Positions 16,895-25,044 of a stretch of DNA of 52,473 nt are shown in pieces. This DNA is from a virus (Duplodnaviria > Caudoviricetes), in IMG/VR virus record IMGVR_UViG_3300037245_002311, positions 1-52,473 of that record; one strand, given 5' to 3'. Below the pieces are notes generated by a model. It was not told the DNA's origin. It did not search any database and saw nothing but the letters and a program-made list of their open reading frames with translations. The position numbers were made by a program, and so were the translations under genes. How positions within the stretch are numbered: the stretch's first letter is position 1; each line of letters opens with the position of its first letter.

Positions 16895-17238
16895 TGCCGC
16901 TGCCCAAGCCGTGCGAGGCTCAAGTGATCAAGCAACTCGAGGCCGCCCGGCTGCCGCCTGATATGGCACTTCGCTGGCAGATCACCCTCAACCCTGGCGC
17001 CGAGATCAGCAGAACGCTCGAGCTGCACTTCGACCTGAAGACGCAGCACCCAGATCGGCCTGGCGAGATTTCGACGCTCTTCAGGGTGAGGCACGTCACC
17101 TTCGAGCAGATCGAGCAGGCTTCAGACTGGCGATACTTCCTGAAAATCCAGATCGAGGTCTGCGCGACCGAGCTGCTCCAGGAAGGCTTCACTGCCTGGT
17201 TCAGCTGCGCACCGATCGCGCTGCTGAGGGCCGTCTGA
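16894..17238 (+). CDS. Hypothetical protein
   Basis: TGATG coupling. Confidence 0.65.
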   Translation: MPLPKPCEAQVIKQLEAARLPPDMALRWQITLNPGAEISRTLELHFDLKTQHPDRPGEISTLFRVRHVTFEQIEQASDWRYFLKIQIEVCATELLQEGFTAWFSCAPIALLRAV

Positions 17239-17474
17239 TGCGCGACCGACGCCTGCTCGCACTTTCGAAGCTCGGCGAATTCGCCGCCTGGGCGAAGACG
17301 AAGGGCTACCGGCGCGAGAAGACAAAAGGCCACTATGAGGTGCTGCGACTTCGGAAGCCCGGCGAGAAGCCGAGGCTCTACTTTCGGCGCGATGTCGGCG
17401 GGGGCGTGCACGCGACCTGCCAGGCGGCATCGGTCGGCCTGGTGAAGCGATGGCTGCGCGAGCGTGAGGCATGA
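17238..17474 (+). CDS. Small basic protein
   Basis: TGATG coupling. Confidence 0.65.
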   Translation: MRDRRLLALSKLGEFAAWAKTKGYRREKTKGHYEVLRLRKPGEKPRLYFRRDVGGGVHATCQAASVGLVKRWLREREA

Positions 17475-18127
17475 AGCCCGATCCGCTCTGCGTCTGCAGC
17501 CACGTGCTGAGTCGGCACTTCTGCGGCAAAATCTGCGACGTCTGCGGGCCGCCGAAGGGCAAGGGCCGGAAAAATCGAGGCTGCCTGAAGTTTCGCGAGT
17601 CGCCCTTTCAGCTCGCGATCATGCCAGGCGCTCAGTTTGGGAAGACCCAGGCTCTCGAGACTGAACTGCGGCGGCGCTCTGGTGGCGACTTCGAGGTCGA
17701 TCGACTGACGCGCATGCCCGAGCGGCAGGTGCCGCCCGACCCGCAAAAGCCGCCGGCCAGCCTCGAGACTCAGGTGCCGAGATCGCACACCCCAGACCCG
17801 AGCACCAGCAAGCGAGCCGAGAAGCGAATGCGGCGCAGCGGGCTGATGAATGCCCAGAGCGCTGACGTGCTCTCGATCGTCGCCGAGTTTCCGATGAATG
17901 GCGCGAAGGCCCTGGCCGATCTGACAGTCGAAGGCTGCGCCGAGGGCCGCTGGCCGTCGCTCTGCGCTGACGACGAGACCCTGCGAAAGGTGCAGATCAG
18001 CCGCCGGCTCAGCGACCTGAAGGGCGACGGCTGGCTGATCGCGCACGATCACGACCAGGCGCTAAACGAATGCCCGCACGAGCTGGCGCCCTACGATCGA
18101 CTGCCCGACATCGAGGCGCCAGAATGA
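17471..18127 (+). CDS. Putative DNA-binding protein (Cys-rich N-terminus, winged-helix-like C-terminus)
   Basis: CVCSH...CDVC; SHTPDPSTS...ISRRLSDL pattern. Confidence 0.55.
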   Translation: MKPDPLCVCSHVLSRHFCGKICDVCGPPKGKGRKNRGCLKFRESPFQLAIMPGAQFGKTQALETELRRRSGGDFEVDRLTRMPERQVPPDPQKPPASLETQVPRSHTPDPSTSKRAEKRMRRSGLMNAQSADVLSIVAEFPMNGAKALADLTVEGCAEGRWPSLCADDETLRKVQISRRLSDLKGDGWLIAHDHDQALNECPHELAPYDRLPDIEAPE

Positions 18128-18243
18128 CGATCGACGCCGTGCTGAGCTTTCTCGGCGACCTGGCCGGCTGGGTGATCGCGATCGCCTTCATCGTCGGATT
18201 CTGCGGCTGGGTCGACCGCGGAAAGCGCACCGGGCACTGGTGA
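18124..18243 (+). CDS. Small membrane protein (39 aa)
   Basis: ATGA coupling; single hydrophobic helix. Confidence 0.55.
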   Translation: MTIDAVLSFLGDLAGWVIAIAFIVGFCGWVDRGKRTGHW

Positions 18244-18247
18244 CCGA

Positions 18248-18511
18248 ATGAGCGAAGGCGACCAACTGCAGATCGAGCCCGGCATTCTGGTCGAGGCGGT
18301 CGTCGACGACGCCCTGATCGGCTGCGGCGAGGTCGAAGAGCGCAGCCGCAGCTATTCGATCCGGCGCTCTCACGCTAGAATGGCCTGGCTGATCACCGAC
18401 GCCGATTCAGGGCAGACCCTCGCCACGATCACCGAGCACCAACTCGCCGAACTGCCGGCGCCTAAATATCGGAGATTTCTACAAATGCTCGAAGATTTCG
18501 AGAGCCGCTGA
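18248..18511 (+). CDS. Hypothetical protein
   Basis: 87 aa ORF in co-directional run. Confidence 0.65.
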   Translation: MSEGDQLQIEPGILVEAVVDDALIGCGEVEERSRSYSIRRSHARMAWLITDADSGQTLATITEHQLAELPAPKYRRFLQMLEDFESR

Positions 18512-18855
18512 TGATCGACCGCCGAGCCTTCCTGCAACGAGCGAGCGCGCTGCTCGCCGCCTGCGCGATCTACCGGCCTGCCGCTGCAGCCGCCGACGAC
18601 CTGCTCGAGCGCGAGAAGCTCGACGCGAAAGAGCGCATTCTCGAGCTGAATTGTCACCCCGACCCATGGCTGGCTGAGGTGATCGGACTCGAGGCCGGCG
18701 GGCCGATTCGCCTGGGCGACTTCATCGCGATCGACCCTCGAGGCCGAGCGATCCGAGCGACTGAGCCGGCGCAGGTGGTCGGCGTCGCCATTCGCTGCGA
18801 AGGCCGTCGCGTCTTCGTGCGCCGAAACGGCTATCTGAGGCTCGACGAATGCTGA
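18511..18855 (+). CDS. Protein with Tat-like signal peptide
   Basis: MIDRRAFL + hydrophobic stretch + AAAAA. Confidence 0.65.
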   Translation: MIDRRAFLQRASALLAACAIYRPAAAAADDLLEREKLDAKERILELNCHPDPWLAEVIGLEAGGPIRLGDFIAIDPRGRAIRATEPAQVVGVAIRCEGRRVFVRRNGYLRLDEC

Positions 18856-18860
18856 ACTCT

Positions 18861-19296
18861 CAAAAGTTTCCGCGATGCCCTTCGTGACCTGGGAGCGGTC
18901 GCGATTCGTCGAAAGTTTTCGAGCGCCGGCGGCATCGATCTCTCGGCGCAACTCCTGCCCCTAGAAGCTCTCTAACTGCACGGCGTGCACTTTCAGCGCG
19001 TGGCGTTTTCACTTCAGCGAGATGCCCTTCTGGCCTGGGAGCGGGCCCGATCTCTTGAAAGTTTTCGAGATGCCCTTCTCGACCTGGGAGCAGGCCGGAT
19101 TCACCGAAAGTTTTCAGGATCACTTTTCGAGCTGGGAGCGCTCGAGATTTCACAAAAGTTTTCAGGATCACTTTTCGAGCTGGGAGCAGGCCGAGATCGC
19201 CGAAAGTTTCTGAGATCACTTTTCGAACTCGCAGCGGTCGAGATTCCGCAAAGGTTTCTGAGATCGATTCGCGCGCTGGAAAAGGTGGCTTCTTGA
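18861..19296. repeat. Degenerate 48-49 bp tandem repeat array (about 7 units)
   Basis: Units begin near 18861, 19019 (partial), 19057, 19106, 19154, 19202, 19250; consensus about GAAAGTTTTCxxGATxxCTTxTCGAxCTGGGAGC-N14. Confidence 0.85.
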
Positions 19297-19648
19297 GTTT
19301 TTCGCGCATGACCAGCTTTTCGCGCGCCGAATCGGTTACCACCCGAGGCCCTCGGCAAGCCCGCGAAAACGCTCACCTTTTCGCGCAGGCGGAAACCGCT
19401 TTCTGCCAGGTTTCCGCTTTCTCGCAGTCGAATGAGGCCCAGGCTGAACTCGAGGCCGCCGCCGGCATTCATCCCGACCGAGATGCGATCGCGCGCTGAA
19501 AAACCAGCAAGCACGAAAAAAGCCCGGCGAAAAACGCAGCACTTTCAAGGGCTTGCGAGGCGCGATCGAAGGCCAGGCCGAAACGATCGGCTGCGCGAAT
19601 TATTCCCAGAAAGCAGCAGCGGCTGCCCTTTAGCGTTATTGTTTCGGC

Positions 19649-20152
19649 ATGGCTGAGCAGGCCCTGCGCTACTTCGAGCTGCGAACTCGGGCGAAATATG
19701 AGGTCGAGACCGCGATCTTTTTCGAGACCGGCATCGAGAGCGCCGGCTTCGAACTGCCATTCTGCGGAATCACGCCGCCAGGCCTGCTCTATATCGACCC
19801 AGGCTTCGTCTGGGATGGGCCGAGCGGGCCGACCGTCGATCGAGAATGGAATATGAAGGCGTCACTGAAGCACGACCCGCTCGTGAAGCTTCTCAGGCAC
19901 ACCGGCTTCGGCCTGGTCGATCACGACGAGCGCCAGCTCGCTGCTGATCGCATCTATCTCGAGACCTGCCTCACTGCGATCGAGGATCTCGCCGACCTGG
20001 CCCCGAGAGAAACGGCCTGGGCCCGATTCAGCACGGCCGTGCGCTACAACTGGCGCCGCTCGAAGGCGCACCTGCACTATCGAGCGCTGAGGATTTTCGG
20101 CGCCTCAGCCGGCGAGCTTGAAGGCCCGCGCGAAATCCTGACGGCGATCTGA
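19649..20152 (+). CDS. DUF1353-like protein
   Basis: IDPGFVWDGPS...ASLKHD...AAD..Y...YRALRIFG pattern. Confidence 0.6.
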   Translation: MAEQALRYFELRTRAKYEVETAIFFETGIESAGFELPFCGITPPGLLYIDPGFVWDGPSGPTVDREWNMKASLKHDPLVKLLRHTGFGLVDHDERQLAADRIYLETCLTAIEDLADLAPRETAWARFSTAVRYNWRRSKAHLHYRALRIFGASAGELEGPREILTAI

Positions 20153-20403
20153 TGTCGCCCGAACTCGGCGAGATGACGATCGACCAGCTGGCCCGCGCGA
20201 TCTCCGATCACCTTTCGCTGCCCCATGAGCGAGAATCGCATAGCTGGCACGCCCAGATCGGTCGACTGCTCTCTGAGAAGATACGTCGCCAGGGTGCAGC
20301 GATGCAGGAAAAGCAGCGCCAGGCGAGACGGGCACTGGTGCAGCCGCCAGCTCAGGCCGCTGCAGGGGCGAGCACCAGCACCGCGGGCAGATCGGCCAGT
20401 TGA
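20152..20403 (+). CDS. Hypothetical protein
   Basis: TGATG coupling. Confidence 0.5.
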   Translation: MSPELGEMTIDQLARAISDHLSLPHERESHSWHAQIGRLLSEKIRRQGAAMQEKQRQARRALVQPPAQAAAGASTSTAGRSAS

Positions 20404-20520
20404 CGCTATCCTGAGGCCTGAATGCTCGAGGCCTAGCAGAGGGCCAGCTACCCGACGCGAAAACCTGGCCGCACCAGCCAGGCCGGTCTCGAGCGCTTTG
20501 TCGCGACGGCTCTTCTCTTC

Positions 20521-20689
20521 TAGGGGTTTATGTAATAATGCAATAATAGTGATAGGTGCCGACCTTCCGATAAAACGCACCGAAGAGCCCGAAAAGGCTA
20601 AAGAATCCCGTTTGTCCGATCCGACAAAACTCTCGAGACCCGACAAAACGACCGCCGAGAATCGGCACCAGGTGCCGACTTTTGTCGGC
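20521..20689. other. Putative replication origin (AT-rich tract plus CCGACAAAA iteron-like repeats)
   Basis: TTTATGTAATAATGCAATAATAGTGATA; CCGA(C/T)AAAA at 20567, 20621, 20640 and inverted at 20680. Confidence 0.45.
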
Positions 20690-20692
20690 TTC

Positions 20693-20708
20693 TGTTCCAC
20701 GTGGAACG
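20693..20708. promoter_or_regulatory. parS: parS centromere-like site (chromosomal ParB/Spo0J type)
   Basis: TGTTCCACGTGGAACG containing the perfect palindrome GTTCCACGTGGAAC, intergenic. Confidence 0.8.
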
Positions 20709-20724
20709 CTGAGCGGGGCGCCTG

Positions 20725-21291
20725 GTGAGCCTGCGCGATCTCGACGTCGACGATGTTCTCTTTGAATTCCTCGAGCGGGTGCAGCGTATTGAGGCACCGG
20801 CCGGCGGCCGGCTGGTCGATGACTCTGGCCTGACCTACGCCGCAGCCTGCGAATGCGGGGGCACTGAGCGAGTCTTCGCCGCGATAAAACTGCGCGAGTG
20901 CGAGGGCGACGTGCTCGAGCGCTGGATCTGCGCCGAGTGCGACCAACTCTGGGTGTTCAATCGAGGCGAGATCGCCGTGCACGAGGTGCAGGTGCCGAAT
21001 GGCTGCGGGCCCGAGCACGCCCTGGCCGACATCGCAGAACTGAAGGCCGCGCTCGAGCTGCTCGATCTCTGGGAAACACGCCTTTATCTGCAGCTTTTTC
21101 TCTGGGAAGATATGCACGATCGCTTCGAGATCGCGAAGCTCGCGAATCGGCGCTGGCACTGCTCGAGGTGGTCTGAGTGGAAGGTGCGCCAGACGATCAG
21201 CGGCGCCCAGAAGAAGATTCACCGCCGCCTCGGGCTGCACGCGCGAGCCCGAAAAAATCCCGACTGGACACTCGAAGATCACCGGCGCTAA
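20725..21291 (+). CDS. Putative late-gene regulator with sigma-region-4-like HTH and Zn ribbon
   Basis: CECG...CAEC; LKAALELLDLWETRL...EIAKL...VRQTISGAQKKI; directly upstream of terS. Confidence 0.65.
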   Translation: MSLRDLDVDDVLFEFLERVQRIEAPAGGRLVDDSGLTYAAACECGGTERVFAAIKLRECEGDVLERWICAECDQLWVFNRGEIAVHEVQVPNGCGPEHALADIAELKAALELLDLWETRLYLQLFLWEDMHDRFEIAKLANRRWHCSRWSEWKVRQTISGAQKKIHRRLGLHARARKNPDWTLEDHRR

Positions 21292-21325
21292 TCGCTGAGA
21301 ATCCGCGGGCCTATAAGGCCCCGAC

Positions 21326-21354
21326 TTGCGTGACGCCTCATAAAGCGGCAGGAT
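21326..21354 (+). promoter_or_regulatory. Possible late promoter
   Basis: TTGCGT-N17-CAGGAT upstream of terS; weak match. Confidence 0.3.
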
Positions 21355-21418
21355 TTATAGCACGGTCGTGAAGCTCGCAGAGAGCTGAGCGGCCGTTTTT
21401 GATCCGGGGGCGCTTTTA

Positions 21419-21958
21419 ATGGCAGCCCGAAAGAAGAAAACAACGAAGAAGGCACCGAAGAAGAAGGCGCCGGCGAAGCGGGCGAAGGCCCCTCGAGCGA
21501 AGAAGTCGAAGGCCTCGAGGAAGGGCACCGGCGGCGGGCGTCGGCGCTACGTCTTCGGAAAGCACGCCTGCGAGTGCCTGGCTTTGCTGGCCGGCGCAGG
21601 AAATACGATCGAAGACGCTGCGCGCATCGTCACGGTCTCGAAATCGACCCTCGAGCGCGCGATCGCGAAAGAAGGCAGCCCGGCGAGCGAGGCCTGGGCC
21701 GCTGGGAAGTCATATCTCAATAACCGGCTGCGCGTCGCCCAGGTCGAGCTGGCGATCGACGACAAAAACCCGACGATGCAGATCTGGCTCGGAAAGCAAC
21801 TGCTCGGCCAGCGCGACTATAAGCGCATCGAGGTCACCGGCGCCGGCGGCGGGCCTCTGAAAATCGGCGAGGGCGGCGAATACCTCGAGCTTCTCGGCCA
21901 GAAGATCGTCGAGCTTCAGCGCAGCAGACGAAAGGTCGATCTCGATCTGCCCGAATAA
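21419..21958 (+). CDS. terS: Terminase small subunit
   Basis: HTH then LRVAQ...NPTMQIWLGKQLLGQ...IEVTGAGGGPL; upstream of terL. Confidence 0.8.
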   Translation: MAARKKKTTKKAPKKKAPAKRAKAPRAKKSKASRKGTGGGRRRYVFGKHACECLALLAGAGNTIEDAARIVTVSKSTLERAIAKEGSPASEAWAAGKSYLNNRLRVAQVELAIDDKNPTMQIWLGKQLLGQRDYKRIEVTGAGGGPLKIGEGGEYLELLGQKIVELQRSRRKVDLDLPE

Positions 21959-21973
21959 GGGGGCAGGCCTCCG

Positions 21974-23422
21974 ATGCTATTCGACGACATCAGCGCGCAA
22001 CTCGACGAGCTTCGGCCTGAAGACGTCGGCGCTCTGATCGCGTCGCTGAAGACGACACCCGAGCACGCTCAGCGGGCGATTCTCGCGCCGTTTTACGACT
22101 GGCAGAACTGGGCCAGGCCGGCGCAACTCGAGCCGAAGGGCAACTGGCGCACCTGGGTGCTGAACGCTGGGCGGGGCTACGGCAAGACCCGCACGGGCGC
22201 CTCGACCGTTCAGAAAAACGTCGTCGAGGGGAAGGCCCGCAGAGTCGCACTCGTGAGCCAGACCGCGAGCGACGTGCGCGACGTCATGGTCGAAGGGCCG
22301 TCGGGCATTCTGGCCGTCGCGGCGCCCTGGGAGCGGCCAGCCTATTACCCGTCGAAGCGTAAGCTCGTCTGGCACTGCCTGAAAGACCGGCTCGGATATG
22401 AGCCCGTAGCCTTTACCTACACCGCCGAAAAGCCCGACAAGCTGCGAGGCCCCGAGCACGACTTCGCCTGGGCCGATGAGCTGGGCAGCTGGCGGTATCA
22501 TGCCGCATGGTCGAATCTGCAATTCGGCCTACGCCAGGGCGATCACCCGCGCTGCGTCGTCACGACGACGCCGAAGCCGTCGATTCTGATCAAAAAACTC
22601 TATTCGCGAGCCTCGACGGTGATCACCGGCGGCTCGACCTATGAGAATGCCGCTAACCTGGCCGACTCAGCGCTCGAAGAATTCATTCTCGAATATCACG
22701 GCACGACGCTCGGCCGCCAAGAGCTGATGGCCGAGCTGCTCGAAGAAGCTGAGGGCGCGCTCTGGCTGCGGCAGTGGATCGACGATAACCGGATCATCGA
22801 GCGCGACGAAGAAGGGCACCTGGTGCTGCCCGATCTCGACGCCCTGGTCGTCGCGATCGATCCGGCAGTTACTGCGAAGAAGACCAGCGACGAGACCGGC
22901 ATTATCGTCGTAGGCCGCGAGAGCCGCGTCATCGTCAGCCCGGTGAGTGGCGCCGAGAAGGTGCGCGAGCATTTCTATATCGTCGACGACGGCTCAGGCC
23001 GGCACCGCCCCGATCAGTGGGCAGAGGCCGCGATCGAGCTGAGGCAGCACTATGAAGCCGACTACATTCTCGGCGAAGTAAACAACGGCGGCGACCTGGT
23101 CGAATTCACCATTCACGCGGTCGACGAGACCGAACTCTTCGAGAGCGTCACCGCCTCGAGGGGGAAGCAGACGAGGGCGCACCCAGTCGCGGCGGCGGCC
23201 AGGCAGGGCAGGATTCACCATGTCGGCGAACTCGACGAACTCGAAGACCAGCTCTGCAACTGGATACCAGGCGGCACGCCCGAATATCCGAATGACCGTC
23301 TCGACGCTATGGTCTGGGGCGTCTCGAAGCTGATGAAGAAGGCGACCCAGAGGCCCAGGCGTAAGAATTTGGATCTGAGCCAGAGCCTCGGCAAGTCTTC
23401 GCACTTCAGGGGCTCGCACTAA
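21974..23422 (+). CDS. terL: Terminase large subunit
   Basis: Walker A GRGYGKT, Walker B WADE, TTTP, nuclease AIDPA...DRLDA. Confidence 0.95.
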   Translation: MLFDDISAQLDELRPEDVGALIASLKTTPEHAQRAILAPFYDWQNWARPAQLEPKGNWRTWVLNAGRGYGKTRTGASTVQKNVVEGKARRVALVSQTASDVRDVMVEGPSGILAVAAPWERPAYYPSKRKLVWHCLKDRLGYEPVAFTYTAEKPDKLRGPEHDFAWADELGSWRYHAAWSNLQFGLRQGDHPRCVVTTTPKPSILIKKLYSRASTVITGGSTYENAANLADSALEEFILEYHGTTLGRQELMAELLEEAEGALWLRQWIDDNRIIERDEEGHLVLPDLDALVVAIDPAVTAKKTSDETGIIVVGRESRVIVSPVSGAEKVREHFYIVDDGSGRHRPDQWAEAAIELRQHYEADYILGEVNNGGDLVEFTIHAVDETELFESVTASRGKQTRAHPVAAAARQGRIHHVGELDELEDQLCNWIPGGTPEYPNDRLDAMVWGVSKLMKKATQRPRRKNLDLSQSLGKSSHFRGSH

Positions 23423-23433
23423 AGGGGGCGCAG

Positions 23434-25044
23434 GTGCCGAAACGAAAGAAGGCGCGAACCTGGTCGACCCTGCTTCTCGGCGTCGAGCCTCGGCCGCGAA
23501 CTCACTCAGAGCGCGTCGCCCTGCAGGTCGCGAAGACCAAGACGAATCTGCGGCCGTCATTTCTCGGCCGAGTCGGTGTGCGACTCACGAAGGCCGCCTC
23601 GATCGACCCACAAGGCACGCCGCCTTCGCGCGTCGAGATCGGCAGCACCGGCCTGAAAGAGCACGGCGGCATTCTCGCCGAGGAATTCCTGCCCGCGCTG
23701 CAGGGCAAGCAGGCGATAGAAGTCTATCGCGAGATGAAAGAAAACGATGCGACCGTCGGGTCGATGCTCTTCGCGGTCGAGATGCTGATGCGTCAAGTCG
23801 ACTGGCGGGTCGAGGTGAACGGCGAAGAAAAAACAGACGTCGAGAAGGCCGCCTTTCTCAGCGAGTGCATGGAAGATATGAGCACGACCTGGGCGGATAC
23901 GATGGCCGAGATTCTCACCTTCCTGCCTTTCGGTCACTCGGTGCACGAGCCCGTTTTTAAGACCAGAGGCGGCGCTTCGCGAGACCCTCGGCGAGATTCT
24001 CAATTTGACGATGGCCGAATCGGCTGGCAGAAGATTCCAGGCCGCGCGCAGGAAACGCTCGAGCGCTGGCTCTTCGATGAGCAGACCGGCGAACTCGACG
24101 GCGTCGTGCAGGTCGCGCTGCCGAAAATGCAAGAGGTCACGATCCCAGCGTCGAGGTTTCTGCTCTTTCGCACGACGACCGCGAAGGGCAACCCCGAGGG
24201 CCGCTCGGTGCTGCGCTCGATCTATCGTAGCTGGTGGTTCAAGCGCAGAATCGAAGAGATCGAGGGCATCGGCATCGAGCGCGACCTGGCCGGTCTTCCG
24301 GTCGCATACCTGCCGGCCGAGATGCTGGCGAATGATGCCAGCGACACCGACAAGGCGCTGCTCGCAGAGATCACGACCATCGTGCGCAATATCCGGCGCG
24401 ACGAACTCGAGGGCGTCGTCTTCCCGATCGACACCGATGAGAATGGAAACCCGCGCTATAAGCTCGAGCTGCTCACGACTGGCGGCCGGCGGCAATTCGA
24501 CACGACGGGCGTGATCGACCGCTACGACAAGCGAATGACGATGTCGATGATGAGCGACTTCCTGATGCTGGGGCAGAGCAGCGTCGGCAGCTTCGCGCTC
24601 TCGAGCGACAAGACGCACCTTTTCGCCGTCGCGATCGGCGCCTATCTCGACGTCATCGAGCAGGTTTTTAATCGGCAGGCCGTGCCGCAGCTCTTCAGGC
24701 TTAACACTTTCCCTGATCTCGACCGCCTGCCGAAGCTGGTGCACGGCGATGTCGAGTCGGCCGACCTGACTGCGCTGGCTGAATTCATCTCGAAGCTCTC
24801 GGCCGCTGGCGCTCTCACTCTGGGCGAAGACGAAGAGACCGAGAATCACCTTCGAAAGCTGGGGGGCTTGCCGCCTCGGCCTGAGGGGCTCGAGCCTGAA
24901 GACGAGCCCGAGCCGCCTGTGCCGCCTGCACCGCCCGACGTGCCCGAGCCCGAATCAGACGACACCAAGGGCGACGACGTGCCTGAGCCCGAATCAGACG
25001 ACGCCGAGGGCGACGACGTGCCTGAGGCAGCGGCCGAAACGTGA
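23434..25044 (+). CDS. Portal protein (DUF935/Mu gp29-like)
   Basis: Follows terL; GNPEGRSVLR...GIERDLAGLP...GSFALS. Confidence 0.9.
   Translation: MPKRKKARTWSTLLLGVEPRPRTHSERVALQVAKTKTNLRPSFLGRVGVRLTKAASIDPQGTPPSRVEIGSTGLKEHGGILAEEFLPALQGKQAIEVYREMKENDATVGSMLFAVEMLMRQVDWRVEVNGEEKTDVEKAAFLSECMEDMSTTWADTMAEILTFLPFGHSVHEPVFKTRGGASRDPRRDSQFDDGRIGWQKIPGRAQETLERWLFDEQTGELDGVVQVALPKMQEVTIPASRFLLFRTTTAKGNPEGRSVLRSIYRSWWFKRRIEEIEGIGIERDLAGLPVAYLPAEMLANDASDTDKALLAEITTIVRNIRRDELEGVVFPIDTDENGNPRYKLELLTTGGRRQFDTTGVIDRYDKRMTMSMMSDFLMLGQSSVGSFALSSDKTHLFAVAIGAYLDVIEQVFNRQAVPQLFRLNTFPDLDRLPKLVHGDVESADLTALAEFISKLSAAGALTLGEDEETENHLRKLGGLPPRPEGLEPEDEPEPPVPPAPPDVPEPESDDTKGDDVPEPESDDAEGDDVPEAAAET
24937..25026 (+). 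repeat. 39-bp tandem repeat (about 2.3 copies) in portal C-terminal tail
   Basis: DVPEPESDDTKGD / DVPEPESDDAEGD / DVPE. Confidence 0.85.

Noticed and set aside
18861-19296. 48-bp array as a mini-CRISPR or as sigma28 promoters (GAAAGTTT resembles TAAAGTTT)
   Set aside because: Variable parts are only about 14 nt and related to each other, and there is no CCGWTAA box at the right spacing
18860-19342. ORFs 18985..19296 (+) and 18860..19342 (-) as repeat proteins
   Set aside because: The repeat changes reading frame within each ORF and there is no clear RBS; treated as non-coding
24937-25026. 39-bp portal repeat as a functional DNA element
   Set aside because: In-frame duplication in a low-complexity acidic tail; ordinary slippage
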